This document shows, one piece after another, positions 1-15,753 of a DNA stretch of 64,000 bases. The DNA is taken from assembly GCF_009914755.1 (NCBI RefSeq), contig NC_060934.1; one strand, given 5' to 3'. The stretch is from the human T2T-CHM13v2.0 reference genome, Homo sapiens. The position numbers were made by a program, and so were the translations under genes. A model generated the notes under the pieces. The model was not told where the DNA came from. It searched no databases and worked only from the letters and a program-made list of their open reading frames with translations. Within the stretch, counting starts at the first letter, position 1. Each line of letters starts with the position of its first letter.

Positions 1-1918
<1,918 letters not shown>

Positions 1919-2164
1919 TGTGTATTATAAACTCTGAGGCAATCACAAAAAATTGAAAAAAGTATTAATGATATGCTAAGAGAGGACTTAAAATAGAATC
2001 ACGTAAAATGCAAATGTGAAAACAGGGAAGGCAGAGAAAAGGAAAAAAAGAGAAGACAGGTGCAAAGAATAAAAGGTTACAAATAAGGCAGGTATTAAAT
2101 GAACTATATAAATTATCAGCTTAAACACAAATGGTCTAAACACACCAGTTAAAGGACAGATTAC

Positions 2165-2230
2165 TGAGGTTACGATGAGCTATCATCGCGCCACTACACT
2201 CTAGCCTGGGCAACAGAGTGAGGCTTTATC
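2165..2230 (+). mobile_element. Old Alu monomer (FLAM/AluJ) 3' fragment
   Basis: GAGCTATCATCGCGCCACTACACTCTAGCCTGGGCAACAGAGTGAG. Confidence 0.7.
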
Positions 2231-4515
2231 TACCAATTACTGCTGTATATAGGAAACCCACTTCAAATATAAAGACTCAGACCAGTTGAAAGTGAAGGGA
2301 TAAAGAAAAGGTATGTAAATATTTATCAAAAGAAAGCTTAAGTAGCTGTATTAGTTCTGGCTTTAATTCCAGAGAAAACAGCAGAAAAAGGAAGATTATT
2401 GGGTATAATGAGGGAATTTTATAAGGATAAAGAGGTCAATTCTCCAAGGAGATATAACAGTCCTAAAACAGCATGTACCTAACAACAGTGCATCAAAATA
2501 AATGAGGCAAAAACGATAATTTTGCCTTAAATTGAATTGGAAGGAGAAATAGGCAAACCCAATATTATAGTTGGAGACCTCAAATGCTTGTCAGTAATTG
2601 ATAAATCAAGGAAGCAGAAGATCTGTAAGGATAGAGATGACCTGAGCAGCATTAAGAATCAACTTGATCTAATCGACATTTTTGGAATATTCCAGCCAAC
2701 AACAGCAATTATACATTCATCTCAAGCTCATTCATATACAATATTCAATATAGACAGTCCAGATCAGAAAACACACTTTAAAAATTTTAAAGAATAAAAA
2801 TCATACAAAGTATGTTCTTATACCACAAAAGAATTAAGCTAGAAATCAATCATTCACAGAAGGATAGGCAGAAAATTCCCAAACATTTGGAAATTAAATA
2901 ATCCAAGGGAGAACTAAGAAGTCTCAAAAATAAAGAACAATTGATATTTTGGAGTAAGTAAAAATTAAAATGCAACTTTTCAAAGTTTTGGGGATGAAGA
3001 AAAGAAAAGTGGCTCTGAGAAGAAAATTTATAGCATTAAATACATATATTTGAAAAGAAGAAATATATAAAATCAATGACCTAATCTTCTATCTTGGGAA
3101 GCTAGAGGAAGAAGAGCAAATTATACCTTAAAAAAGCAAAGAAAAGAAAATAATGAAAATTGGAGCAAATATCAGTGAAATTGAAAGGAGGAAAACAATA
3201 AACAGAATCAGCAAAATCAAAAGATCAAGAAAATTGATCAACCTCTAGCCAAGCTCACCAAGAAATAGAGAATATCAAATTGCCCAGTATAAGAAATTAA
3301 AGGGAGGTTATCACTACTGATCTTAAATAGATAATAACAGAATACCATAAATGACACTTTATCCACAAATTTAATAACTACAATGAAATGGACAATTTCC
3401 TGAAAGACACAAACTTCCAGAACTCATTCAAAGAGAAATAGATAACCCAAATGGCTCTAATTTAATAAATAAATTAATGATTAAAAATATTCTAAGAGAA
3501 AAAAAAAAGAAGGAAAGAAAGAACCAGGCCCAGATAACAAACACCAGTGGTTGCACTCATAAATTCTACCAAATAACTAAAGAAGAAATAATATCAATTC
3601 TTCACAATTTTTTTAGAAGCAGAGGGAGCATTTCCTAATCAACTCTTTTGAGGCCAGCATTACCCTAATACTAAAACCATAGAAAAATGTTACAAAACTA
3701 CAGACCAATATGTCTTAAGAACAAGGCTGCAAAAATCTTTAACAAAATATTAGAAAGTTTGTTAAGCAATATCTGAAAAGGATAACTCATTGCAACTAAG
3801 TGGCATTAAATCCAGCAATGGAAGGCTGGTTCAAATTAACAAACTAATCATTGGAATTCACCATATTAACATATTAAAGAAGAAAAACATGTAATCATAT
3901 CAATTAATGCAGAAATGCATGCAACAACAAAATTCAACACTCATTTATGATAAAAACTCCCAGCAAACTAGCAATACCGGAAAACTTCCTTGTCCTAATA
4001 AAGGGTATATATGAAATGCCTACAGTTAATCCCATACTTAATAGTGAGAGACTGATGCTTTTTTCTGAGACTGGAAACAAGGCAAAGATGTATTCTCTTA
4101 AAATTCCCATTTAACATCATACTAGAAGTCATAGCAAGTGCAATAAGACAAGAAAAATAAGTAAATGATGTGCCAATTTGAAGGATAGAAATAACACTGT
4201 ATTTATTCATATATCTAGGTAAAAACACTAAAGAATGTACAAAAAAATCCTGGAATTAATAAGCAAGTATAGGAAGATGGCAGGATGTAAGGTCAATATA
4301 CAGAAATTAATTTGTTTTTTATATACAAGCAATGAATAATTGGAATTTTAAATAAAACAAAAATACTATTGACAACAACACCAAAACTGAAGAAAATAAA
4401 GTATTTATTTATAAATCTAAAAAAAAGTACAGGATTTATATGTGAAAAACTACAAAACTCTGAATTAAAGGATCTCTAAATACATGGAGAAATATCTTAT
4501 GTTCATGTAGTAAAA

Positions 4516-5122
4516 CAGTGGTACTTTTGGCACCAGGAACCGGTTTTGTGGAGGACAAATTTTTCACAGATGGTGGGGTGCTAGGGGATGGTTTCAGGGT
4601 GTAACTATTCCACCTCAGATCATCAGGCATGAGTTAGATTCTCATAAGGAACATGCAAGCCAGATCTCTTGCATGCATCGTTCACAATAGGGTTTGTGCT
4701 CCTATGAAATCTGTATCTTATCTTACATGGAATAAGGGATTTTGTAGATGCCTTATCCATAAACTGACCTGATTCATGAAAGTAATGTGATATGATTTAA
4801 GAAAAACTCAATTGGCCATTCTTTCTGACTTTGAAGACCAAGAATTTGGGCAGCCATATAGCTGGAAAAGAAAAGACAAAAAGGAAGGAAAAGAAAAAAG
4901 AAAGAAAGAGAAAGAAAACCTTGTCATCACCTTGATTTTACCCCAGTGAGACTCATTTTGGATTTCTGACCTTCAGAACTATGCTGCTGGGATCTGACAG
5001 GAGGCAGAGCTCAGGGAGAAATGCTAGCTCACCCACCACCCACCTCCTGCCGTGCAGCCTGATTCCTAACAGGCCATGGACTGAATTGGTACTGGTCTGT
5101 GGCTGGGGGTTGGGGACTCCTA
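4516..5122 (+). mobile_element. MER1B-like hAT-Charlie DNA transposon, split by a templated insertion at ~4708-4982
   Basis: TTTTGGCACCAGGAACCGGTTTTGTGG…CTCAGATCATCAGGCA…GGGGGTTGGGGACTCC. Degenerate 8-bp TSD TAGTAAAA / TGTTAAAA. Confidence 0.8.
4708..4982. repeat. ~270-bp near-perfect inverted copy of 5698-5975
   Basis: Direct reverse-complement comparison; only a few small indels differ. Confidence 0.93.
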
Positions 5123-5626
5123 TGTTAAAAGACTCAATATTGTTAAAATGTTAATTCTTCCCAACTTGATTTTTAGTTTCAAGAATGTAATCTAAATTCA
5201 TGGTTAGTTTTGAATGTAATCCTATTCAAAATTCCAGCAATCTGTTTTTATATATTAACAAACTAGTCCTAAAAGTTATATATAAAGACAAAGGACTTAG
5301 ACTAGCCACTGCAGTATTGCAGTAGAATAATAAAGTTGGAAGACCACACTATATGATTTCAAGCCTTACTATAAAGCTATAGCAATCACGATAATGGAGT
5401 ATCGGCAAACTAATAGATGCATAAAACAATATAACATAGTAGAGAGCCCAGAAATAAACCCAAAGAAATATAATCAACTGATCTTTGACAACAGCACAAT
5501 GGCAATTCAATGGAGAAAGAGTAGTCTTTTCCACAAATGATGCTAGAATAATTGGATAGCTGTATGCAAAGAATGAAACTAGAGACACACTTTACACAAG
5601 AATTAACTCAAATGGACTGTGGTCCT

Positions 5627-6235
5627 TGTATTAATTTCCTATTTCTGCATTACCACAAATTTAGTGACTTAACACAAATCAAATTGTTATTTTATATATA
5701 GTTCTGAAGGTCAGAAATCCAAAATGAGTCTCACTGGGGTAAAATCAAGGTGATGACAAGGTTTTCTCTCTCTTTCTTTCTTTTTTCTTTTCCTTCCTTT
5801 TTGTCTTTTCTTTTCCAGCTATATGGCTGCCCAAATTCTTGTGTCTTCAAAGTCAGAAATGGCCAATTGAGTTTTTCTTAAATCATATCACATTACTTTC
5901 ATGAATCAGGTCAGTTTATGGATAAGGCATCTACAAAATCCCTTATTCCATGTAAGATAAGATACTTACAGATTTTGGGATCTATGGGAGACATATTCTG
6001 CCTATAACATTCCACCTTCTGGCCTCAAAGCACATCTATCCCACAGGCAAATACATTTGCCCCATGCCAACATTCCCATAGGCTCAATCCATCACAGTTT
6101 TAACCCAAGTCCAGAATTTCATTTTAAATCTCATCAACTCAAAACTCCCAAATCTCATCATCAAAATCATCTAAGTCAGGTATGGGTAAGGCTCCAGTTA
6201 TAATCCCTGCTAGGGCACAATTGCTTTCTATCATT
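5627..6235 (-). mobile_element. MLT1 (ERVL-MaLR) LTR (~5627-6009) plus internal-region fragment
   Basis: TGTATTAATTTCCTATT…TACCACAAATTTAGTGACTTAA…GTTCTGAAGGTCAGAAATCCAAAATGAGTCTCACTGG is the MLT1 LTR signature. Confidence 0.7.
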
Positions 6236-7099
6236 GTTTGAAGTTTTGGATTCCATTTACATGACATTTTGGAAAAGGCAAAGTGATAGAGGCATAAATG
6301 GATCAGTGGTTGACAGAAAGTTTGAGTAGGCAGGAAGGATGAATAGATGAAACACAGGTGAATTATTAGGGTGGTGAAACTATTTCTTATAATATTATAA
6401 TGGTAGATATATGGCGCCATGCATTTGTCAAAACCCATAGAACTATAAATAATAAAAAGTAAACTTTAATGTAACAAAAACGTTTAAAAAATCAGCTGCA
6501 TGGACAGTGGGTGCCAGAATGGACTGCACACTATGACAAAAAATTAGCTAATAAAATTGTATTTCAATAACTTCACTGCAGGAGAAGGGGAAAAAAGGTA
6601 CTAACCTAAGGATCATTGGAAATGAGCAGAGACTATAAAACTAAAGGCAAAAGGAACTATACAAAAGCACTGTGTGCTAGTTGGTAAGGCTGCTTTCTTT
6701 TTTTATTTTTGTTTTTTTTTAAAGTTCCAGGGTGCATGTTCAGGATGTGCAGGTTTGTTACAGAGGAAAAAGTGTGCCAAGGTGCTTTGCTGTACCTATC
6801 AACCCATCATCGAGTTATTAAGGCCAGCATGCATTAGCTTTTTTCCCTAATGTTCTCCATGTCCCCCAGCTTCCCCAACAGGCCCCAGTGAGTGTTGTTC
6901 CCTCTCTGTGTCCATGTGTTCTCATTGTTCAGCTCCCACTTATAAGTGAGAACACATGGTGCTTGGTATTCTGTTCCTGCATTACTTTGCTGAGGATAAT
7001 GGCTTCCCACTTCATCCATGTCTCTGAAAAGGACATGATCTCATTCCTGTTTATGGCTGCATAGTATTCCATAGTGCATATGTACCACATTTTCTTTAT

Positions 7100-10000
7100 T
7101 TTTTAATTTTTATTTTATTATAGTTTAAGTTCCGGGGTACATGTGCAGAACATGCAGTTTTGTTAGATAGGTATACACATGCCATGGTGGTTTGCTGCAC
7201 CCATCAACCCATCATCTACATTAGGTATTTCTCCTAATGCTATCCCTCCCCTAGCCCCCCACCCCCCAACAGGCCCTGGTGTGTGATGTTTCCCTCCATG
7301 TGTCTGTGTGTTCTCATTGTTCAACTCCCACTTATGAGTGAGAACATGCAGTGTTAGGTTTTCTGTTCTTGTGTTAGTTTGGTGAGAATGATGGTTTCCA
7401 GCTTCATCTATGCCCTTGCAAAGGAGAAGAACTCATCCTTTTTTATGGCTGCATAGTATTCCATGGTGTATATGTGCCACATTTTCTTTATCTAATCAAT
7501 CATTGATGGGCATTTGTGTTGGCTTCAAGTCTTTGCTATTCTAAATAGTGCTGCAATAAACATACAAGTGCATGTATCTTTATAGTAGAAAGATTTATAA
7601 TCCTTTGGGTATATACCCAGTAATGGGATTGCTGAGTCAAATGGAATTTCTAGTTCTAGATCCTTGAGGAATCACTGCACTGTCTTCCACAATGGTTGAA
7701 CTAATTTACACTCCCACCAACAGAGTAAAACTTTCCTATTTCTCCACATCCTCTCTGGCATCTGTTGTTTCCTGATTTTTTAATGATCACCATTCTAACT
7801 GGCGTGAGATGGTATCTCATTATGGTTTTGATCTGCATTTCTCTAATAACCAGTAATGATGAGCTTTTTTTAGTATGTTTGTTGGCCACATAAATATCTT
7901 CTTTTGAGAAGTGTCTTTTCATATCCTTTGCCCACTTTTTGATGGGATTGTTTTTTTCTTGTAAATTTTTTAAGTACTTTGTAGATTCTGGGTATTAGCC
8001 CTTTGTCAGATGAATAGATTGCAAAACTTTTCTCCCATTCTGTAGGTTGCCTGTTCACTCTGATGATAGTTTCTTTTGCTGTGCAGAAGCTCTTTAGTTT
8101 AATTAGATCCCATTTGTCAATTTTGGCTTTTGTTGCCATTGGTTTGGGTGTTTTAGTCATGAAGTTTTTGTGCATGTCTATGTCCTGAATGATATTGTCT
8201 AGGTTTTCTTCTGGAGTTTTTATGGTTTTAGGTCTTATGCTTAAGTCTTTAATCCATCTTGAGTTAATTTTTGTATAAGGTGTAAGGAAGGGGTCCGGTT
8301 ACAGCTTTCTGCCTATGGCTAGCCAATTTTCCCAACACCATTTATTAAATAGGGAATCCTTTCCCCATTGCTTGTTTTTGTCAGGTTTGTCAAAGATCAG
8401 ATGGTTGTAGATGGGTGGTGTTATTTTTGAGGCCTCTGTTCTCTTCTATTGGTCTATATATCTGTTTTGGTACCAGTACCATGCTGTTTTGGTTACTGTA
8501 GCCTTATAGCATAGATTGAAGTCAGGTAGCGTGATGCCTCCAGCTTTGTTCTTTTTGCTTACGATTGTCTTGGCTATGCAGGCTGTCTTTTGGTTCCATA
8601 TGAAATTTAAAGTAGTTTTTTCCAATTCGATGAAGAAAGTCAATGGTAACTTGATGGGGATAGCATTGAATCTATAAATTACTTTCGGCAGTATGGCCAT
8701 TTTCACAATATTGATTCTTTCTATCCATGAGCATGGAATGTTTTTCCATTTGTTTGTGTCCTCTCTTATTTCCTTGGGCAGTGGTTTGTAGTTCTCCTTG
8801 AAGAGTCCTTCACATCTCTCATAAGTTGTATTCCTAGGTATTCTATCCCCTTTGTAGCAATTGTGAATGGGAGTTCACTCATGATTTGGCACTCTGTCTG
8901 TTACTGGTGTATAGGAAAGCTTGTGATTTTTGTACATTGATTTTCTATCCTGAAACTTTGCTGAAGTTGCTTATCAACCTAAGGAGATTTTGGGCTGAGA
9001 TGATGGGGTTTTCTAAATATACAATCATGTCATCTGCAAAGAGAGACAATTTGACTTCCTCGTTTCCTAATTGAATACCCTTTATTTCTTTCTCTTGCCT
9101 CATTGCCCTGGCCAGAACTTCCAATACTACGTTGAATAGGAGTGGTGAGAGAGGGCATCCTTGTCTTGTGCCAGTTTTCAAAGGGAATGCTTCCAGTTTT
9201 TGCCCATTCAGTATGATATTGGCTGTGGGTTTGTCACAAATAGCTCTTATTATTTTGAGATACATTCCATCAATACCTAGTTTCTTGAGCGTTTTTAGCA
9301 TGAAGGGCTGTTGAATTTTTTCAAAGGCCTTTACTTCATCTACTGAGATAATCTTGTGGCTTTTGTCATTGGTTCTGTTTACGTGATAAATTACATTGAT
9401 TGGTTTGTGTATGTTGACCCAGCCTTGCATCCCAGGGATGAAGCCGATTTGATTGCGATGGATAAGTTTTTGATGTGTTGCTGGATTCAGTTTGCCAGTA
9501 TTTCATTTAGGATTTTCACATACATGTTCGTTAGGGATATTGGCCTGAAATTTTGTTGTCGTTGTGTCTTTGCCAGGTTTTGGTATCAGGATGATGCTAG
9601 CCTCATAAAATGAGTTAGGGAGGATTTCCTCTCTTTCTATTGTTTGGAATAGTTTCAGAAGGAATGGTACCATCTCCTCTTTGTACCTCTGGTAGAATTT
9701 GGCTGTGAATCCATCTGGTCCTGGACTTTTTTGGTTGGTAGGCTATTAATTACTGCCTCAATTTCAGAACTTGTTATTGGTCTATTTAGGGATTTGGCTT
9801 CTTCCTGGTTTAGTCTTAGGAGGTTGTATGTGTCCAGGAATTTATCTATATCTTCTAAATTTTCTAGTTTATTTGTGTAGAGGTGTTTATAGTATTCTCT
9901 GATGGTAGTTTGTATTTCTGTGGGATCAGTGGTGATATCCCCTTTATTTTTTTTTAATTGCCTCAATTTGATTCTTCTTTTTTCTTCTTTGTTAGTCTGG

Positions 10001-13000
10001 CTAGTGGCCTATGTATTTTGTTGATCTTTTTAAAAAACCCATCTCCTGGATTCACTGATTTTTTGAAGGGTTTTTCTTATCTCTATCTCCTTCAGTTCTG
10101 CTCTGATCTTAGTTATTTCTTGTCTTTTGCTAGCTTTTGAATTTGTTTGCTCTTGCTTCTCCAGTTCTTTTAATTGTGATTTAGGATGTCAATTTTAGAT
10201 CTTTCCTGCTTTCTCTTGTGGGAATTACTGCTATAAATTTCCCTCTACACACTGCTCTGAATGTGTCCCAGAGATTCTGGTACATTGTGTCTTTGTTCTC
10301 ATTGGTTTCAAAGAACATCTTTATTTCTGCTTTAATTTCATTATTTACCCAGTAGTCATTCAGGAGCATGTTGTTCAGTTTCCATGTAATTGTGCAGTTT
10401 GGAGTGAGTTTCTTAATCCTGAGTTCTAATTTATTGCACTGTGGTCTGAGGGGACATTTGTTATGATTTCTTTTGCATTTGCTGAGGAGTGTTTCACTTC
10501 CAATTAGGTGGTCAATTTTAGAATAAGTGCAATGTGGTGCTGAGAAAAATGTATATTCTGTTGATTTGGGGTGTAGAGTTCTGTAGATGTCTATTAGGTC
10601 CACTTGGTCCAGAGCTGAGCTCAAGTCCTGGATATCCTTGTTAATTTTCTGTCTTGTTGATCTGTCTGATATTGATAGGGGGGTGTTAAAGCCTACCACT
10701 ATTACTGTGTGGGAGTCTAATTCTCTTTTTAGCTCTCTAAGAACTCGCTTTATGTATCTGGGTTTTCCTGTATTGGGTGCATATATATTTAGGATAGTTA
10801 GCGCTTCTTGTTGCATTGATCCCTTTACCATTATGTAATGCCCTTCTTTGTCTCTTTTGATCTTTGTTGGTTGAAAGTCTGTTTTATCAGAGACCAGGAT
10901 TGCAACCCCTGCTTTTTTTTGCTTTCCATTTGCTTGGTAGATCTTCCTCCATCCCTTTATTTTGAGCCTGTGTGTGTCTTTACATGTGAGATGGGTCTCC
11001 TGAATACAGCACACTGCTGGGTCTTGACTCTTTATCCAATTTGCCAGTCTGTGTCTTTCAACTGGGGCATTTAGCCTGTTTACATTTAAGTTTGATATTT
11101 TTATGTGTGAATTTGATCCTGTCATTATGATGCTAGCTGGTTATTTTGCCCATTAGTTGATGCAGTTTCTTCATAGTGTCAATGGTCTTTACAATTTGGT
11201 TAGTTTTTGCAGGGGCTGGTGCTGGTTGTTCCTTTCCACGTTTAGTGCTTCCTTCAGGAGCTCTCATAAGGCAGGCCTGGTGGTGACAAAATCTCTCAGC
11301 ATTTGCTTGTCTGTAAAGGATTTTATTTCTCCTTCATTTATGAAACTGAGTTTGGCTGGATATGAAATTTTAGGTTGAAAATTATTCAGCAAATGTTAAA
11401 TATTGGCCCCCACTTTCTTCTGGCTTGTAGGGTTTCTGCAGAGAGATCTGCTGTTAGTCTGATGGGTTTCCCTTTGTGGGTAACCTGACCTTTCTCTCTG
11501 CCAGCCCTTATCATTTTTTCCTTCATTTCAACCTTGGTTAATCTAATGATTATGTGTCTTGGGGGTTGCTCTTCTCAAGGAGTATCTTTCTGGTGTTCTC
11601 TGTATTTCCTGAATTTGAATGTTGGCCTGTCTTGCTAGTTTGGAGACGTTCTCCTGGATAATATCCTAAAGAGTTTTTTCCAACTTGGTTCCACTCTCGC
11701 CATCACTTTCAGGTACACCAATCAAACGTAGATTTGGTCTTTTCACATGGTCCCATATTTTTTAAAGGTTTTGTTAGTTTCTTTTCACTCTTTTTTCTCT
11801 AATGTTGTCTTCTTGCTTCATTTCATTGTGTTGATCTTCAATCTCTGATATTCTTTCTTCCGCTTGATTGATTTGGCTCTTGATACTTGTGTATACTTCA
11901 CGAAGTTCTTGTGCTGTGTTTTTCAGCTCCACCAGGTCATTTATGCTCTTCTCTAAATTGGTTATTCTAATTAGCAATTGCTCTAACCTTTTTTCAAGGT
12001 TCTTAGCTTCCTTGCATTGGGTTAGAACATGTTTGTTTAGCTCAGAAGAGTTTGTTATTACCCACCTTCTGAAGCCCACTTCTGTCAATTCGTCAAACTC
12101 ATTCTCCATCCAGTTTTGTTCTCTTGCTGGTGAGGAGTTGTGATCCTTTGGAGAAGAAGAGGCGTTCTGGTTTTTGGAATTTTCAGTCTTTTTGTGCTGG
12201 TTTCTCCCCATCTTCATGGATTTATATACCTCTGGTGTTTGATGTTGGTGATCTTCAGATGGGGTCTCTGAGTGGACATCCTTTTTGTTGATGTTGATAC
12301 TATTCCTTTCTGTTTGTTAGTTTTCCTTCTAACTGTCAGGCCCCTCTGCTACAGGTCTGCTGGAGTTTGCTGGAGGTCCACTCCAGACCCTGTTTGCCTG
12401 GGTATCACCAGCAGATGCTGCAGAACAGCAAATATTGCTGCCTGTTCCTTCCCCTGGAAGCTCTGCCAGCAAGAACTCTCCTGTATGTGGTGTCTGTCGG
12501 CCGCTATTGGGAGATGTCTCCCAGTTAGCATACATGCGGGTAAGGGACCCACTTGAGGAGGCAGTCTGTCCCTTATCAGAGCTTGAATGCTGTGCTGGGA
12601 GACCTGCTGCTCTCTTCAGAGCTGTCAGGCAGGGACGTTTAAGTCTGCTGAAGCTGTGCCCACAGCCACCCCTTCCCCCAGGTGCTCTGTCCTAGGGAGA
12701 TGGGGGTTTTATCCATAAGTCCCTGACTGGGGCAGCTGCCTTTTTTTCAGAGATGTTCTGCCCAGAGAGGAGAAATCTAGAGTCTGGCTGCAGCGGCCTT
12801 GCTGAATTGTGGTGTGGTCTGCCTAGCTCAAACTTCCTGGCAGTGTTGTTTACACTGTGAGGGTAAAACTGCCTACTCAAGCCTCGGCAAAGTGGATGGC
12901 CCTTCCCCCACCAAGTTCAAGCATCCCAGATCAATGTCAGACTGCTGTGCTGGCAATGAGAATTTCATTGGATCTTAGCTTTCTGGGCTCCATGGGGTTG

Positions 13001-13528
13001 GGACCCAGTGAGCCAGACCACTTGGCTCCTTGGCTTCAGCCCCCTTTCCAGGGGAGTGAACGGTTCTGTCTCACTGGTGTTCCAGGTGCCACTGGGGTAC
13101 GAATAAAAAAAAAAAGAAACTCTTGCAGCTTGCTCAGTGTCTGCCCAAATGGCTGCCCAGTTTGTGCTCAAAACCCAGGGCCCTGGTGGCATAGGCACCA
13201 CAGGGAATTTCCTGGTCTGCTGGTTGTGAGGACTGTGGGAAAAGCGCAGTATCTGGGCCATAGTGCACCATTCTTCCTGGTACATTCTCTCACGGCTTCC
13301 CTTGGCTAGGGGAGGGAAATCCTCCAACCCCTTGTGCTTCCCGGGTGAGGCGACACCCCATCCTGCTTTGGCTCACACTCCATGGGCTGTACCCACTCTC
13401 CAACCAGTCCCAATTAGATGAACTGCATACCTCAGTTGGAGATGCAGAAATCACCTGCTTTCTGTGTCAATTTCACTGGGAGCTGCAGACCAGAACTCTT
13501 CCTATTCAGCCATCTTGCCAGTGACTCC
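7100..13528 (-). mobile_element. Full-length L1PA7-like element; ORF1 and ORF2 disrupted
   Basis: 5'UTR, ORF1 (MGRNQ…ENEFDELTEVGFRRWVITNSSEL), ORF2 start MTGSNSH at 11125, 3'UTR and tail. 15-bp TSD CCACATTTTCTTTAT at 7085-7099 and 13529-13543. Confidence 0.92.
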
Positions 13529-13824
13529 CCACATTTTCTTTATCCAGTCTATCATTGTGAGCATTTGGATTGATTCCATGTCTTTGCTATTGTGAATGGT
13601 GCTGCAGTGAACATACATGTGCATGTGTCTTTATATTAGAATGATTTATATTTCTTTGGTATATATCCAGTAATGAGATTGCTGGGTCAAATGATATTTC
13701 TGGTTCTAAATTTTTGAGGGATTGCCACACTGTCTTCCACAATGGTTGAACTAATTTACATTCCCATCAACAGTGTAAAAGTATTCCTATTTCTTTGCAA
13801 CCTTGCCAGCACCTGTTGTTTCTT

Positions 13825-14083
13825 TTTTTTTGAGACAGAGTCTCACTCTGTCACCCAGGCTGGAGTGCAGTGGCGTGATCTCGGCTCACTGCAAGTTCTG
13901 CCTCCTGGGTTCACGCCATTCTCCTGCCCCAGCCTCCCCTCCCGAGTAACTGGGACTACAGGCACCCGCCACCACGCCCAGCTAATTTTTTGTATTTTTA
14001 GTAGAGATGGGGTTTCACCATGTTGGCCAGGATGGTCTTGACCTCCTGACCTCGTGATCTGCCTGCCTCGGCCTCCCAAAGTG
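13825..14083 (-). mobile_element. 5'-truncated AluY/Sc-type SINE
   Basis: Alu body with GGGTTCACGCCATTCTCC. TSD A(C/T)CTGTTGTTTCTT at 13811-13824 and 14084-14097. Confidence 0.88.
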
Positions 14084-15753
14084 ATCTGTTGTTTCTTGAC
14101 TTTTTAATAATCACCATTCTGACTGGCGTGAGATGGTATCTCATTGTGGTTTTAATTTGCATTTCTCTAATGACCAGTAATTTTGAGCTTTTTTCATATT
14201 TGACCACATGTATGTCTTTTTTTGAGAGGTGTCTGTTCACATCCTTTGCCCACTTTTTAATGTGTTTGTTTTTGTTTTCTTGTAAATTTGCTTAAGTTCC
14301 TTGTAGATTCTGAATATATTAGACCTCTGTCTGATGGAGAGATTGCGAAAATTTTCTCCCATTCTGTAGGTTGTCTACTCACTCTGATGATAGTTTCTTT
14401 TGCTGTGCAGAAGCTCTTTAGTTTAATTAGATCCCATTTGTCAACTTTTACTTTTGTTCCAATTGCTTTGGCGATTTCATTATAAAATATTTGCACATGC
14501 CTCTGTCCTGACTGGTATTGCCTAGATTTTCTTCTAGGGTTTTTATAGTTTTGGGTTTTACATTTAAGTCTTTTATCCATCTTGAGTTGATTTTTGTTTA
14601 AGGTGTAAAGAAGGGATCCAGTTTCAATTTTCTTCATATGGCTAGCCAGTTTTCACAGAACCATTTATTAAATAGGGAATCCTTTCCCTATTGCTCTTTT
14701 TTGTCAGATTTGTCAAAGATCAGATGGTTGAAGATATTCAGTTTTATTTCTGAGTTCCCCATTCTGTTCCATTGGTCTATGTGCCTGTTTTTGTGCCAGT
14801 ACCATGCTCTTTTAGTTACGATAGCCTTGTAGTATAGTTTGAAATCTGGTAGAGTGATGCCTCCAGTTTTGTTCTTTTTGCTTAGGATTGTCTTGGCTCT
14901 TTTTTGGTTCCATGTGAATTTTAAAATAGTTTTCTTTTAATTCTATGAAGAATGTCAATGGTAGTTTAATAGTAATAGCATTGGATCTATAAATTGTTTT
15001 GGGCAGTATGGCCATTTTCATGATATTGATTCTTCCTAACCATGAGCATGGAATGTTTTTCCATCTGCTTGTGCCTCTCTGATTTCCTTAAACAGTGGTT
15101 TGTAGTTCTCCTTGAAGAGGTTCTTCACTTCCCTTGTTAGCTGTATTCCTAGATATTTTGTTTTCTTTGTGGCAATTGTGAATTCCCATTCACATAATTT
15201 GGCTCTCTGCTTGTCTGTTATTGGTATATAGGAATGCTTGATATTTTTGCCCATTGATTTTGTATCCTGAGACTTTGCTGAAGTTGCTTATCAGCCTAAG
15301 AAGATTTTGGGCTGAGTCAATGAGGTTTTCTAGATGCAGGATCATGTCATCTGCAAACAAAGACAATTTGACTTCCTCTCTTCCTATTTGAATACCCTTT
15401 GTTTCTTTCGCTTGCCGGATTGTCCTGGTTGGAACTGCCAACACTATGTTGATTTGGAGTGGTGACAGAGAGCATCCATGTCTCATGCCAGTTTTCAAGG
15501 GAGAATGCTTCTTGCTTTTGCCCATTCAGTATGATATTGGCTGTGGGTTTGTCATAAAGGCTCTTATTATTTTGAGGTATGTTCCTTCAATACCTAGTTT
15601 ATTGAGAGTTTTTAACATGAAGGTAATTTGAATTTTATTGAAGTTCTCTTCTGCATCTATTGAGATAATCGTGGTTTTTGTCTTTAATTCTCTTTATGTG
15701 ATGAATTACATTTATTGATTTGTGTGTGTTGAACCAGAGTAAGGCTGCTTTCT

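Larger units (their letters stand above)
1919..6683 (+). mobile_element. Ancient L1M (L1MC/MD-like) ORF2 and 3' remnant, interrupted by an Alu fragment, MER1B and MLT1
   Basis: Degenerate endonuclease-like translation at 2537-2797 (IIVGDL…DLIDIF). A-rich strand with L1M-type ORF2 and 3' motifs. Confidence 0.7.
6699..15738 (-). mobile_element. 5'-truncated L1PA8-10-like element, hosting a nested L1PA7 and an Alu
   Basis: T-tail at 6699, 3'UTR and ORF2 fragments at 13544-15738. 15-bp TSD GTAAGGCTGCTTTCT at 6684-6698 and 15739-15753. Confidence 0.85.
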
